NCBI GenBank assembly: GCA_964106645.2
Contig: OZ067043.1
Direction: 5' to 3' (one strand)
Length of the DNA stretch: 64,000 nt
Origin: Podarcis pityusensis
Taxonomy: Eukaryota
Of the stretch, positions 1-15,311 are shown in pieces (position 1 is the first letter of the stretch; every line of letters starts with the position of its first letter). Below the pieces are notes generated by a model. That model was not told the DNA's origin. It saw nothing but the letters and a program-made list of their open reading frames with translations, and ran no database searches. The position numbers and the translations under genes are program-made.

Positions 1-2132
1 TCCTCCATAAACTTGGCTAGCAGGAGGAAAATGCTTTTCTCTTATTTATTTCTAATTTTAAGCATGCAAAAGCCCCATTTTTGGAAAGCAAATTCTTCTC
101 CAAGTATTCAGGTTGACATCTTGTGTCAGAAGAACTTCGTTTCCACAATGCAGTTCTATGATGTATATTTCAATATCACATCCATCTTTATTCATTTCTT
201 AATAACAGCTCAGAAAACAACTAATTAAAATAAATCCTCCTCTTATAACACATTATTAAACCTATAGTTTACTGCATAGTGGTGATAGGTAATTTAATTG
301 TTGGGCAGAAAGGGCTTAGGGAATTTTGATTGAGGGAATAATTGTCAAGTGCCAAATTGCTTTTTAAAGCATAAAATCAAAACCATTAAATATTTAGACT
401 AATTAATTAATTAATTAAAATCCTGTAACCGTCTCACAGGCAAAATGCTTGACCAGATAACACAATAAATACACAAGACCAGATAATGCAAAAAAAACAC
501 CTGAACTCTTTACAAAGAAACCTGCAATAAAATTATCTGAACAATAATTTGAGTAATCCTATATACACACTTACTCTGGGAGCAAGACCCATTGAACTCA
601 GTGGGGCTAATTTCTGAGCAGACATGTACAAGATAACACCGTTAACTGATGTGAAGCTGCTTTTCAGGTATACACTAACAGTGCAATCATATACATGTTT
701 ATTCAAAAGTTAGCCTCAGTGAGTTCAGTGGGACTTGCTATTTATATAACTTCATTGAAATGAAGCTACTTCGAAGATATGCACTACATTAAACAAAACT
801 TTTATAAATAAATTTGATTTAAAATAATATTGCTGCCTGCTAGATCTTTTAAATGTATGAACTGAGTAATGAAATTCCAATGATTTTAGTCAGCCTTTGG
901 AATGCTCAAGCTTCTTTAGATTCTGCCCAATGGGTTTAGGACTGGGGTGGACAGAAAGTTGAAAAGCTATATGAGCGACTGAGATATCAATCATAACGAG
1001 AATCAAAGACCAACAGGACAAAGCACGAATCCAAGCACTTATGCTTGTGCAAGGCAGTCCTCTCAAATTCTGCCCAATTTCAGCGTCCGACTGCAACCCC
1101 CTTGTACCCTCTTCCATTCATTTCATAGGGTCACTGCACTATCAGGAGCATTATTTGGGGTGCGTAGGAGGTTTTAGTGGGGAGGAAGGGCCCAAAACAC
1201 CCTTCTTCAATAACTGAATTTTGCTTGTGTTTCTGTGGAACCAACCCTTAAAATGTATTTTGGTCTAGTGGTCTTTTTTTTAAAAAATGGTATTTTTTTA
1301 TTATCTTTGTCCATGTTTTCTACTCAAGCACCTCCTTTTTATCCTTTTGTGTTGACATTTTCCATTGCTGTACAACAGATGCAACATTATTTACTAAACC
1401 CAAGCCATTATATCAGAGGAAAACAAACAACAGTAGCTCATTAGAGTTGTTTTCATTGTGCAAACAATACTCCACCCCCCCTCAAAGTAACCAGTCTCCA
1501 GTACTAAAGAATAAAAATAGCTATTTACAATGGATATTCTACACCACTGGACTAACTTAAAGGACAATGATGCTTAGAGTAAAGTTAACAACTCATGGAT
1601 CTGCATTTTATTGATTAAAAACATATATTCAGAATGTGAATAGGGTGGATGATTTTCAAATAGACAGGCTAAGCCAAACGTCTGTCAGGTAAGCAAACAC
1701 TATTGCACAACAAGAGATTGTAGGTAATCCATGCACTTGGACATGGGGAGTGTTAGTAAACAGCATGGCGAACAATGCTTTTGTATTGCTATACAAATAT
1801 ATCTTATTTTCTTTTCATTATAGCAATCTGCATTAAATCGAGGAGGCCAGTTGCAGGTTGAAATGAGGACTGGTTCTGCAGCTCTGAGTAAGAAAACAGT
1901 TTATAAAAGGCCATTGTATCCAAAAGAAAGGTTATGTAGCACAATAACAGTGCACCTATATGGGCAGTATTTATTTTAGAGAGGGACAGAAGCCATTTTG
2001 TGCAACCAGAGTTTTTTAAATAGAATATATACTGATGGATTTATATTTTTATTTTGACACTGCCATTGTGATTATGTGTGCAAATTAACATAGGGGTGCC
2101 ACTAACTATATGTTCAAAGTAAAATGTCTCAC

Positions 2133-2210
2133 TTCACGTTCTTCTTCCTGCTCTTTCTTAATCTGCTCCAAACGAAACTGCTCTGCAATTTCTCTCTCTT
2201 GTGCTTCTCT
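2133..2210 (-). CDS. FAF1: FAF1 coding exon (~exon 17, 78 nt; coiled coil before UBX)
   Basis: ctgcAG|AGAGAA...CGTGAA|GTgaga; encodes REAQEREIAEQFRLEQIKKEQEEERE; phase 0/0. Confidence 0.96.
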
Positions 2211-2633
2211 CTGCAGAGATGAAATAAACAAGTCACTTCAGATATCATTTATCATTAAGGTACACTATCATATTCCAATGGCCATCATTTTCCTACAAAT
2301 TATGCCATGCAAAATATTGGTTGTCCAAACTGTGAATGTTCCACAGTTTTCATGGTTTCTCTCAGAGGGAGGCTGTTTTTGGATTACTAGAAAAAGGAGA
2401 AATGCATCACAAGAAGGAAGGGCAAAAGAAGACTCTAATTTGCATAAAATCTGCATATATTGATGAGTGTGTGTATAGATACAAATTTAGAAATAACACC
2501 ACCCATGGCCGCCACACTTTCTCAACTAGAGAGTAAGCTTAATATCATAATGTAATTCCTGGTCTCAAAAGAGTTCATAAAAATATCTTAATTCATCACT
2601 AAATCACATTCTCTAGTATAGAACTGTACACAC

Positions 2634-2714
2634 CTTTGCTCTATCGGCTTCAAGAGAGATTCTGTAAGCTTCATCTTGTTCTCTTTTCACATTCTCTCGG
2701 GCCTCACGTTCATC
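2634..2714 (-). CDS. FAF1: FAF1 coding exon (~exon 16, 81 nt; coiled coil)
   Basis: taccAG|GATGAA...GCAAAG|GTgtgt; encodes DEREARENVKREQDEAYRISLEADRAK; phase 0/0. Confidence 0.96.
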
Positions 2715-5700
2715 CTGGTATGGGAAAAGAAGGCCAAGAATCAGATTAGGACCCCAAAATTATGTATAATATTTATTCATTCATTCATATCCCATCTTTT
2801 CTCCATGGAACTCAATGTGGCATACTTAGTTCTCCTCCCCACACCCCTGCGATGTAGGTTAGGCAAAGAGACAGTGACTGGTCTCCCAGATCTTAGTACA
2901 ACACTCTAACCACTAGACCACATGGGCTCCTCTATTAGGTGGCAATAATGTTTGGATTAATATCCCAAGTGATTGCTTCTTCCACTGCAGAATGAAGAAC
3001 TAGAAGAAAGCATCTAGCTTAACAATAAAAACAAAACAAATAAAAAGCCTAATAAACCAAGAAATCATAATCTAAGTCATTATTTTTAAGCTAGGTCACT
3101 ATGCCATTCAGGTTAGTCACATTATATGGAGTCTGATCCTATGCATGTTTATGCAGAAGTGTGTTCTACTAAATTCAATGGATCTTACTCCCAAAGTAAG
3201 TATGCACTGGACAGTAGCCTATTAGAAAATCTGTATATTCAACTTGGGCTCATTTTGTAGGGATCTGAAAAACTAGTCAAATTGCAACAGTCTCTTACCA
3301 ATTTAAATCAACTCTAAAGCAATTGAAGACATTAGTAGTAGAAACAGAAACAGAACTCTGGGGTAACAAAACCAATTGATTTATTTCCATGATGTGGCTA
3401 CTCTAAATTCCAAATATGGACAAAATGACAAATAAAGGAATGAGAGGCAAGTTCAGTTTCTAAGGCCAGAAAATAGGCTCTAGCTGATCTAAGCAAGTGT
3501 TATCATGCTGCTCGATTCCATCAGATTTGCTCATGGTAAAAATCTCACTGATTCACATATTTGGGGTTAGAAAAGGAACTTTCTTCTCAATCAAAGTGCT
3601 TTTGTTTTGCCTTCCCTAGTACCAATTCTCTTGCTTCAATCACCTGGAGTACATCTGCTCTCTGCCAAGTTTGCACTGCACCACTTGAGTGAAAGGAGCT
3701 AGGGAGTGAATGGCCCTGTCTTTGAGCATGAGACATGAGCATGATGACACACGATCCAAATAGCTTAACAACTGATGACCAGTCTTTGTTGCTGCTTTGT
3801 ACTTGTCATACACCCCAGTGTTTAAACAGATTTATTTAGGCAGGAATAAAGGTACTAAATTATTTCACACTAAGGACTACTCCTGCCTTGATAGGACTCT
3901 AAATCACCACTTAAAATCAGTGGGTTATCAAAAATTATTTGGCTAGGGTTGGCAAATATGTATTTGCAACATAAATAAAGCCAGCAATGTTTCACTTTCG
4001 TAACAATATAATTATACAGCTGATGACGATGATTTCACAGTTTTAAATAAATTGTATTTGAAATCCAGATGAATAATTTGAAGATTTAGGCTGCCCTTCA
4101 TTCTTATAGATAAAAGGGCTGTAGACAATAGGCATAAATAAAATTAAACATTGTTGTATCAATACAGTATCATACATAAAATAAGGCAACCATTTTCATA
4201 AAAGAATTAGAGACAACGAAACTCATTCAGAGAAGACTAAATGGTTTTTAAGACTAGCTTCCAAATTCCTTGGCAAACAGTTATATTTTGACATGGCACA
4301 CAGACTATTATTATAAAGTCAGCACAAGTTAGTGTCCTTTGGAGAAGTATTTCAAAGGTGGGAGACCACCACAGAGAAGGCTCTCCTCCAAGGTTCTTAA
4401 GGCACAGAGTATGTGGGTCCCAAGGCATATATGGCTTTAACAGTAAGCACTAGCACCAAAAAGTGGGCTTCAGGTGAAAAGGCAGTCAACATAATCAATG
4501 TAATGTAATTCCATCTGGCTGCACTACCTAGCAGCTTCGTTCTGTACCAGTTGAAGCTTCTGAGTAGCTTTCAAGGATAGCACCATGCACAAGCTGAAGT
4601 GGCTAAACATCATCCCTCACCATTGTCTATATGGACTGAGGCTGAAGGGAGCTGGGGTCCCAAGAACACCTGGAAGGCCACAGGTTAGCCACCACTGCTT
4701 TAGAGTAAACCAAGTTGAAGGTTACTGAGCATGGTTTCTTGTGGGAAGGCTATTCCTGTTCTCAGCTGGCAAACCAGTATGACACTGTATTTTTCCAGAC
4801 AGACAGTTTCACGCATTTCCCTTAGGTTTAGTTCTTCTTCTTCTTGGCATTATTTAAACGGGATATGCAAGGGATGTCAGGAATGTAACAATACATTATG
4901 CACGACTGCCTCTCTGGGACAAAGGTGTGAAATGGCACAGCTAAACCTCCATTTCAAAGAGAACAGTTTCCTAAGCAGATGTACCTTCTAAATCAAGTTC
5001 ATGGTTAGACAATGGAAAATTGTTTATCTAAGTAAGAGATTTAACTATCTAAAATATTTGCATAGTTTTTTTAAAAAAATACTATGTTTTAATTAAGATT
5101 AATGTTGCATTGCAAAGTAAGCAATCCTCAGTACAGGACTTCATCAGTGTGAGATTACAGAGAATATTATGATACCCTTTCATACTTGCAAAAATAAATA
5201 TTTGCATACCGCCAGCAACAGCCCTGCTCCCAAGGTTTCTTGGCCCCTTGGAGCATCAGCAAAGGACATGTCTCTCTTGCAGTGCTTCCCCCTGCAATTA
5301 TGTTGTGCCTTTGCAATGCCAGAGTAGACCCACCTTTACTGAGAAAACTATGCATCTGCCCTCCTCCCCTTCTTCCTCATCTGTGAGAGTTCCTCTTACG
5401 ACCTGCCGAGTTATATCTTCGTTTTATTTATTTATGGGACTTAAAACCCAGCTTTTGACAGCTTAAATGAAGCATCATATGAACTCTGCACAGCAGCAGC
5501 CTCTCTTCACAACAAGGTGTATGAGCAAATTTCTTTACTCTTGCTACCAACTTGGTCAGATGTGCAACAGCACTGAGTGAGTGCTTACCAACATGAGCAC
5601 AAACCAACCTTTGTAACTGAGAAAAAGTTCTTACTGCCATTTAAAAGCCAGCTGATTATGCCATGTTTTGGATTTCATCTACTCCTTCAGGAGCAGGGCC

Positions 5701-6108
5701 TTTTCCATTACAGCATGGTGCTTTGGAACTCACTTCCAAAGGAAGTTCATACAACCTCTTCCCTGCTAGCCTTTAAAAAGATAAGCATTTTTAAAAAATA
5801 ATAATTGGACCTTACTTCCTATTGTTTTATTGCTTGCCCTTGTTGGTTCAGTGCTTTCTTTTAATTTTGTAAACTTGTCTAATGTACCTATGAAAGTAGA
5901 GCATCAATAAAAAACATTTTCTCATCTTGGAAAAGCATTTAAAACTTAAGATATAATGTGGCAAGCTGCCTTGTACAAGACCATTCTAACTCATTAATGT
6001 CTATTCAGACAGGAAGCAGTTCCACAAAGTCATTTTAACCAGAAATGTCAAGGACTAAACTTGGGACTCTACACATACAAGAAATGTCACTGAGTGATGG
6101 TCCTACTC

Positions 6109-6490
6109 AAAGATGATCAAGGGTCTGGAAATCAAGCCTTAGGAGGAACGGCTGAAGGAGCTTGGTATGTTTAGCCTGGAAAAGAGGAGACTGAGATAGC
6201 CATCTTCAAATATATCAAGGGCTGTCACATGGAAGATGCAGCAAGCTTGTTTTCTCTTGCCCCAGAGAGTAGGACTCGATCAAGAAGAACTTTCTGAGGG
6301 GAGGAGCTGTTTTACAGTCGAAAAAACTGCCTAGAGTGGCAGTTCTTGGTGGTGGACTCTCCTTCCTTGCAGGTTTTTAAGCATAGGTTGGATGGTCATC
6401 TGTTATGAATGCTTTAGTTGAGATTCCTGCATTGCAGGGTTTGGACTTGATGACCCTTGGGGTCCCTTCCAACTCTACAATTCTGTGATT
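6109..6490 (+). mobile_element. CR1 LINE 3' end
   Basis: ORF2-tail codons (EERLKELGMFSLEKRRL) and 3' end ggtcccttccaactctacaattctgtgatt; possible TSD ctactc at 6103-6108 and 6491-6496; ~40-nt deletion relative to the 40974 copy. Confidence 0.9.
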
Positions 6491-9400
6491 CTACTCTTTA
6501 AATTGAGGCTATTCTTATTAATAACCTGTATTCATAAACTAAGTGTTTGTGTAAATATAAGCTATCCTCCTCAGTTTTAATACAAGTTATATGTTTTCTT
6601 CTTTGACACTGATAGCAAAGCAAAAACATCTACAGTCAAATTTCAGTATGCAGATAAAAATTAAAAGTTGCCTTTAAAATGTAAGTTTCATTAAATGTTC
6701 TACTCCAAGTAATTACATGGAGCTTTTTCAAGACATGCTTGCTAAGTGCTTTACAGGTCACTGGAAAGCAAATGACATTTCACTCCCTTGACAGCCAACC
6801 AGCAATATTGCTCACTTACGGTTGTTGAGAAAATGTGAATGCCAGAAGTTGAATCTTGCCCAGATTCAAAAAGCATAATGGGCAAACAAGCTCATAAGAG
6901 TTACGTTCCTCTATAACCTAGATAATTATTATTCATTAAGTACAGGTGAACATAATTATACCTCAGTGCCTGGCTAGATGGGAGATACAAAATTTGTCTA
7001 GAACAGTAACTAGATGATAGAAGGAAGCCAATTTACCTCACCCTTCCTACTATATAACAGTGACACACAGCAGCTTACACAATCAGTGTGTGGGGTGGAG
7101 AATGACAAGCCTAACAAACAATTGTAATAAAATCTATGAGTAAAACTCCAAGATACTATAATATAACTCAAGCAATGTGTTAGTTCTACTGGGCTTTACT
7201 CGAGACAGCAGTCCATATCCCGGACATTATTACAAGTAAAAACGTGAACCATTTTTCAGCAGGAGGTAGTGGTATGCAAAAAGCTCTTAAATTGCTTTCT
7301 AGTGCTCCTTGTAAGCTTTAGCTTTTTAAGTAAACTGCTTTGAGAACACTTGTGTGGAAAAGTGGCACATAATTGTTGGGTTGGTTTGCATCCTAACTAG
7401 ACATTCATGAATCATAAAGCTCCTTCAGTCCATGGACAGGACCATGATCTAATGGAGTACCAGCAGAAGGTAGGATGAAGTTTTCCTTTCCTCTGCAGCT
7501 TCTCTCAAATTGCTCCAGTGAGCCTCCCAACCTTCTGCAACAGATTTTCAGCAGATATAACTGACTAGTTGGGAAAGAGGAAACAGTGGAAGTTACCTTC
7601 CCACCTTGGGGTGGTGGGAGCATCCTGTAAGCATACTCTCCCCAGGGTTACTTCCAGCAACAGAAGCCTGGTACAAGATTGTAGTGCAACTTTATTCAAG
7701 TCTAGTCTAAAGTAAGTCTCATTGTTTTCTGTGGGACTTAATCCAGGGTAAATATGTTCCGAATTGAGGCCTCAGTCAGTATGTTAACTAATTATAATAT
7801 ATTGCTGATAACATAGTCATAGGGTGTCTGTTAGACCTGCATGCATGCAAAAATTATAACATATACCATGCATCTTTTCCAAACCTTATGTTTTGCTCAG
7901 CCTCATAGTTTAGCTAACAATAACCATGTATTCTTTACAGTTCACCCCCAATATCTGGAATGAGGGGGACAATGATTCTGCACCGGATAATGTGCAACTC
8001 ACAGACACCTGAGCACTGATTCCTGACCTTTCAAACACTTTCACTCATTCTGTGACTATTTTTGCAATGAATTTTAAGGACAAGGAGCAAGAGGTTGAGA
8101 GGAGAGGCTTATGGATGGGAGAAGTAGAATGATACCCACAAAGAGAAAATGACATCAATAGGTCCCCTTATTTAAAAGGCCTGAGGATCACAGTTCTGTA
8201 TCAACATACCTATTAAGATACGCCTTTGGAATATATAGATCTATCTAGTGCATAAGCCTCAAATGTGACCCAAAGCAAGCTGTCTTTGAAACACAACAGT
8301 AATGAATCCATAAAGCAAAATGAAAAACAGAGCTTTTAATCTGTGAGAACAGATTATGCCATGATTATTCTGCATTCCACTGCTTAGCCATTGGATATAC
8401 ATTATGAATATTGAAATTTCTCATTGCTTAGCTGTTATTCAGAAATGCTGTATGGGTAGGACCCCCCTCTGCCCCCCCTCAAGATGTTGGACAATTGATC
8501 TTGTGTCAGTATGACAATATAGCAACATTTAATTGGCAGCTTTGATGGAATCAGTATGAAATCTTTTTAGAAATAAATTAAAGTGACAGAAAGATTACTC
8601 CATGGAAAGAAACAGTCTGCCGCTGAGCTGAAGTTAACTTCCCCCTTTTTAATTTCATAAACCTTCATATTTTATTTTAAAATATTTTCTTGATCAGTCC
8701 ATGTTGAGGCCAGGCTGAAATTCCTCCCTCTCAAATCACTATCATTGTACACCATCTTTCCACTCCCACTGAATTCCCTGCACAGATAAGCATAATTCCC
8801 ATGAAGCATTCTGACCCTGTGGGAATGCCTAGGATGGCTGCTGCTTGAAGCAGTGTCAAATATTTCCCCCCATTAAAAAAAAACAGCAACCATCTTCATC
8901 TTAGGACGCACTCTTGATTGTAATTCTGCTTTAACTTATTTTAATACAGTGACTGTAAATTGTTGTGACCCAACCTGGGAGCTCATGGTGAAGAGTCGGT
9001 ATGAATTCTAATAAAATCTTAATTATATAATCAGCATCCGCTTCAAACATAAGGCTACTCCCACCTGAAAGTTCTGAAGTTTTACTCTCCCAAGATTCAT
9101 TCAGTCTTTGGGTGGGGCACTTTCTCCTCATCTTCACTAAAATGCTGAAAAAAGTCAGGACTGAGTAAAGTTCCATCAAGTACTTGTTCATTATCCAGCA
9201 AAATCTAAGTTTTAGAAACTAAAATTCTACACTATCTTCCTAGCTTGTCTTTCTGCATCCTCAAGGAGGAGTTTGAGTCTCAATTAATATCTGACCCAAT
9301 TAAATGCTAAGTTATCTCAGAGCAACACACAGCCCATTATACCCTGAAATTCAACAATCTATGTGTTCACATAAGGCACTAGAAACCAAAGAACCGACCC

Positions 9401-12400
9401 TACATATTTTCTGTTTGCAAAGGATGAGAATCTATTTCAAACATTTTATTGAGCCACACCTGAAGTTAAAACTATTACTGCCTGCAGCTAATCATGGGAG
9501 TGTGAAAGAAAAAACACCCAGCTTGACTAAACAAAACAACATAATAGAAAACATTAACCTGATCCTCCAAAGATGACAGACTTGTACATTTTATAGCTTA
9601 ACACAGGAAAATCTATGAATATATATACAGAGTGTGTGGGTTGTTGTTTTATAAATGATATAAAAGCTGCCCAAATAAAGCCTAACTTTTACTGCTGTTC
9701 TCACATTCTCTTATAATGCTGTTCTCACATCTCATTCTCTTATAATGGCAATGGTTCCCACCTGAGAGGTGCTGGAACTGAGTTCCAGCGAGTTCCAGGT
9801 AAAAAAAAAAAGCCCTGCTTGCTATTACTTTTTGGAAATATTTCTTAAAAACCCATCACAATTTTCTTTGTCCCCAAATGGCTGACTTGCTTCAATAAGC
9901 TAATTTGAGGTACTTTTTGTGCAGTTTGCTTTTTTTGTTTTTTGTTTTTTTTGTTACTGGTCTTGATTCTATGCCTTAACATCAGGGTGGCATGCAAAAA
10001 TCTGTGAAACAACACTTTTTGTGACTTGTACATAAAGTGACACTATAAACTTTCAACTTCTTAATTTTTGTATCCCAGGCCACTGTTAAATGCTTGCTCT
10101 CTGTTCCTGTGCCTTTAACAATAAAGCTACTCAATTTAAGTTCACAGGAAAGGAAGATGGGCTGATGGCTGATCATACCATCTGAAAGCTTAGCTGACAG
10201 TCCACCTATTTCCAGATAAATAAACATAAAAACATTAAAAAGTTCTTCCTCTCCATGAACCTGAATAGTTCTCCATGCCTTTATCAGTGTTACTCTTATT
10301 TCTACAGGTGGTTTTTTTAAATAAAAGAAACACACACTATGTTTTTCAGGAAGAAGATTGAAAAACCAGCTGATGGGAAGTCAAAGTGAATAGACATTTT
10401 CAAGTGGGATTTGCAAATAAAGGAAGTTTTTTCAAGCAATTGTAGAACAATATATATCTACCATGAATCTTATCCTAAAGCAACGAGGGTTAAATGTTGC
10501 ATAACAAGAAAAATAAACATTATGTTAGGCCTACTGTTACTTAACTTAAAAATGTGGACAAGTCAGACCAGCTGTGTAACAGTCAATGCTTTTACAGTAA
10601 TAAATTTTGACAGCAGAAATAAAAAGAATGCATTATCGAGGTATCATCAAATGGGTTCTGTCAGTACATAGGAACTCCACCCTGTATAAGCTTGTCAAAA
10701 AGTGTTACTGTAATCCATTGAGAAGTCTCCTCCTCAGGCAAGAGAGGAAAAAATGCATAAGGAGGAGGCTCAAAACAGGTGTGTTGAATTGTAATACCAT
10801 TATTTAATCACAAATCTCTTCTCATTAGTTTCATATGTGACAAATTCAGGCTCTATTCTTGCCTATCATGCAATGCTAGAATCATCACTCAACAGTCAAG
10901 TTAAAAGCCAAATGTAAACAATGAAACTGTGGACATGTCTTTTTAACACTGTACACTCCTCAAACACAAAAGGCTTAATAAATTACTGCCATTTCTCTTG
11001 GAGCTCCCAGCTAGGTCTCCAGTAACAATATGAGACTGAAGGAAATTATATTTCTCAATTAAAATTGGACTTCCTCTGGATAGAAACAGCCACTTTCTCT
11101 GGCTCACTTTTTTCCAAAGCTGCTACTGCTCAGGATAACATTGCCAATTCATTATGGTAATATACTACAATTTAGTCCACAGGCATAAAGCCAGTAGGAG
11201 ACCAGCTGTGGACCTCTGGATTCAGAGTCCCATTCCATCAGAGAAGGAAAGCCCACTGGTATGATGGCACGCATGCTGCTAGAAGATCCCTGGTACACCC
11301 ACAGAAAGGTCTGTCAGTGCAGATGTCCCACTGGTTGTGTTTTGCTGGTGGAGGTAGTGAAACGAAGGCAGCTAAGGATCTGTAAGACCTCAAGATCTCT
11401 TGAATTCCCAACGTGCCCATAAGAAGCCCTCAACTACACTGTTCCGAGAGCCGGCATGGCTAATTGCTTCTCACTGAACACAATGGCAAGGGAGTAAATG
11501 AAGGAAAGCAGCCCCACCAAGAAAGGTAGAATCCCCACCCCTACTTCCCATTCAGGCTGGAGTGAGCTGGCAGGGCATTGGAAGTGGTGCTAGCTCTGTT
11601 ACCTTACTCAGAAATTATGGGAAGCCACTCTTGTGGGATTGAAAAATACCCACCACTCCCTAAAGTACTTAAGTTACCTGAATTTTAGGCCTCTATCTAC
11701 ATGTTTGCTAAAACTGTGCAGTGTCTCAGTTTTGTCTTACTTTTCTTCTTCTTCAGTTAGCCTCAGTGATACTAGAAGAGTTCTATCCTCTATCTACAAT
11801 TAACTGAAAAACCCAGCTCCACATTATGACACCTAGCAAAGGATACTGTGTTAAATGCTATGCAAAAGTGTGTCACATTGTTATTCATGATTTGAAGACT
11901 TCTAAGCATATAAATATATGAAAAGGGTAACGTTCCAAATTTTCATACTGGGTCATTGTCGATTCCCCCCACCCTAGCTGGAATATATATTCTTTGAACA
12001 TACAGAACCATTCTTTTGTGCCTCCATGTACAAAAAAAATATACATGTTGACTTAGAAAAAAATAACAGCCAAAAACCTCGGAAGAACTTTCTGTTTATC
12101 TTTTTGTGGTTTATGATGGCTTACAATTGTTACTAGGAAAACAGTAACAGAAACCGGAATCTGTATCCTGCTTGCTATTGTCACATTTTGAAAGAATGTT
12201 AATGTAAATGCATTAAGATCTTCACTAGAAAAAGGAGTTGCTGTTTAAACAGAAGTTGTCGGGAACAAGGCTTATAAAAAAGAGTTACATGTTAGCTAGC
12301 AAACCACGAAAAAACAATATTTTTTTTCACATGCCAACGCCTCTTGCTAAGTACATAATATATGGATTACTTCACTACCTGTTTAGCACATTATTTTATC

Positions 12401-15181
12401 TAGTGAATTGCATTTCTCTTAAAGACACTGAGGAATAAAGCTGGTTTTATTCCTCAAATGTTCTTACAGGTTTGAAATGAATTGCAGACACTATGTTTAT
12501 GTTAAGTTGTTAACTATTTTGCCTTTCCAAAGAAAACCATTCCACTTCTGTTTTTTTGTACTTCCAGGATATGTGAAAAGGGAGAAAGGTGCATGCATGT
12601 TCTCCCCCGGAAAAAAAACCCACAAGAGAGATGCAGAAACACAATACTGGAAGCATGAATTACTGGCACAATTATTTTTTGCTACTTCTCTGAAAGTGAG
12701 AAGCCATCTTATGCTTCCTGGTGTTTGAAACCAACATGTGAGTCAATAAACCAACACAGCCTATATTGGCCATGTTTGGTGGTTGACCAAAGACTCAATA
12801 ATCTGCCTGTTTATACTGCCTGCCTGGGACAAGCAGCTGGAAACCACAGCTGAAGACTGCATTTGGCTTGACATGTGCACAACTCTATCTTGGTAGCTGA
12901 AAGGAAAGGGAACAAGGCTATAACAATATCTCAGCCAATCCAATTTGAGCTGCCCAGTCAGCAGCACATGGCACACTGTAGTCTCCCTGCCCCAATCAGT
13001 AAATAACTAGCATTCCTATTGTACAGACAGTGGCAGTGCTGGTGCTACTCTACCTGTTCTCACTAACTGCAGGTCAGGGAAGGAGACTGATTACTCTCAG
13101 AAATACTCCAGAGGCAGGCTATAACACCAGAGACCCGCTGCCTACAACATGGGTTTGTGAGCACCATGCTTAACATAGAAAATAGACCTTATTGAGAGAA
13201 AATCAGAGCCTGTTAGAATAAAACCAGTTTTTGAAATGGTACCCCTAGTCATCCCTAACAACCAGAAGGTAACAAAGAATGGGGCAATGGAGTAGGCCAT
13301 ACGTATCTTCACAAGCCATCCATTAGGCAGGTACAATTAGGCAGCAACTTAAAAACATGGCAACTATGATTTTAAAATCTGCACAACAATATAGAGTGGA
13401 ATCCAGATGTTGCCCTTGTGATCACAGAAAAGCTTTTGATTCACGGGGCACCTCTGCTAAGTGATGATGAGAGAGACAATTATTGCAAATTCGCCCTTCC
13501 TCCGAAAGCTCCCTGCACTACCTTTCACTTTGGGCTGAAAGGTCTCTAAACTCTGAAGCCAATTTACAAGGGGTACTGTAGGGCTGCAGCTCCTCCTCCT
13601 TTCTTCCATTAATGGAGGCATCTGTTGGCTCAGAAGCCCTTCTGGGAGTGCAAGGGTACCTCGGCCCTCTTTTGCATACTAAACAGCCCTATCATTTGAG
13701 ACCTGAAATGCTTCCATGAAAGTTTATTTTAAAAATAATATATCATCTCATGGTTACCTTCTGTTATAATGCAATGAAGATTCAACGATATTATGCAACA
13801 AATTTCATAAATTTATGCAATCCTCATAACTAAAAATTCTATCAAGAATAGAAAGGAATTAGAGTAGAGAGGAAATGGATATGGTAGATAGAAATGCAGA
13901 TGACATACATTCATATTATTACATAAAATAATCAGTAAATCTTGTACTAATGAGAAACAAGACTTAAATGGCTGAAAAATGTATTTAGTGCATTATTGTC
14001 AATCAATGTCTCTACAACCAGGATAACAATAATCTTGAATGGCAACACACCTATTATTACAAATTCCTAACTAAGTACTTCATTACTCGCAAATGTCACT
14101 CCCAATTTACAGAGTAACAGATAAATGTCTCATTACTGTATACCTGTCTTGTGTCTACTTTTTTTTGTAAAACTGAAACACTGTGACAGTTCTGGAAAAC
14201 TTTATACTTCCACTAGCTCATTTAGTTTAAATGAAAGAGACCTGTACGGTAATGTATATTTTTATTATTATATACTGAAAGCTACCTTTGCTAGAGTACT
14301 AAAGTATGATTGTTTTCCTATTTTTTAATCATGAGGGTAAGGAATGAAAGAAGTGGTAAGTTTTTAGTAGAGTGAAGCCAAATTCCTAGTAAGAAAGAAA
14401 TGATGAGAATAATCTCCCCATATAATAAGCTGCTTTGAACATGTGAAAGGTCGATTAAAAACATGAGATGGACTTCTGCTACAACCAACTTCTGCTACAT
14501 TTTGTTCTATAACATTTCCATTATTTCTATTACATTACTGTGATGTTATATGTTTCAGGCTACCAACCTTATTATTTACAATTTCCATCTTATTTTTTAG
14601 CTAACCAGTGACACACTTTCTTTTTTAATCAACATTACGAAAACCAGTATGAACAGTACATAACAGTTTTTAAATTTGCCGTTCAATACTTGTGCCTTTC
14701 CAGGTGCAATAATTCCCCCCCCCACATTCAGATGATTTCCTCAAGAGATAATTTCCCCCAGTACTCAAAGACAATATTTAGCCATTAGATTGCTTTTGCA
14801 AATGCTATGAAATTTCTAAGAGTCACAGGTGTCTATTGGACTATGATACTAGGATTCTCCCCTCTCTCCAATCCATTAAATTTTTTATTTTGTGTTCTAT
14901 CAGCACCTCTTACCAGTTTATTGTTGTAGCATTTCAGTATCAAATGTTCACCTTTCCCTGTTCATCTTTCCCATTTAAAATAAAGCAAACACCTGTCAAA
15001 GCTCCCTTCCCTCTGTAACATATCGTGACATATAATGAACCTTAGCTTTTCATTTTATTTATTTAAAAGCTATATATTCATTTTTAGCACTGACGCTCAC
15101 TTCTGCTCTGACTTCTTTTAGAACGCTACAGGTGATGGCTGCTCTCTTGTACAACTGGACACGGCTGCTGTCCGTTACATG

Positions 15182-15311
15182 CAGGGGTGGAGAACCTCCA
15201 AATGTTGCTGAACTGCAACTTCCATCAGCTCTATCAAGCATGGCCAATGACCATGGATGATGGGGGCTTTAGTTCAGCAACATCTGGAGGGCCAAAGGTT
15301 TCCCACACCTG
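15182..15311. mobile_element. Older hAT-type palindromic MITE
   Basis: Termini caggggtggagaacct / aggtttcccacacctg; inverted internal arms ctccaaatgttgctgaact / agttcagcaacatctggag. Confidence 0.75.
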
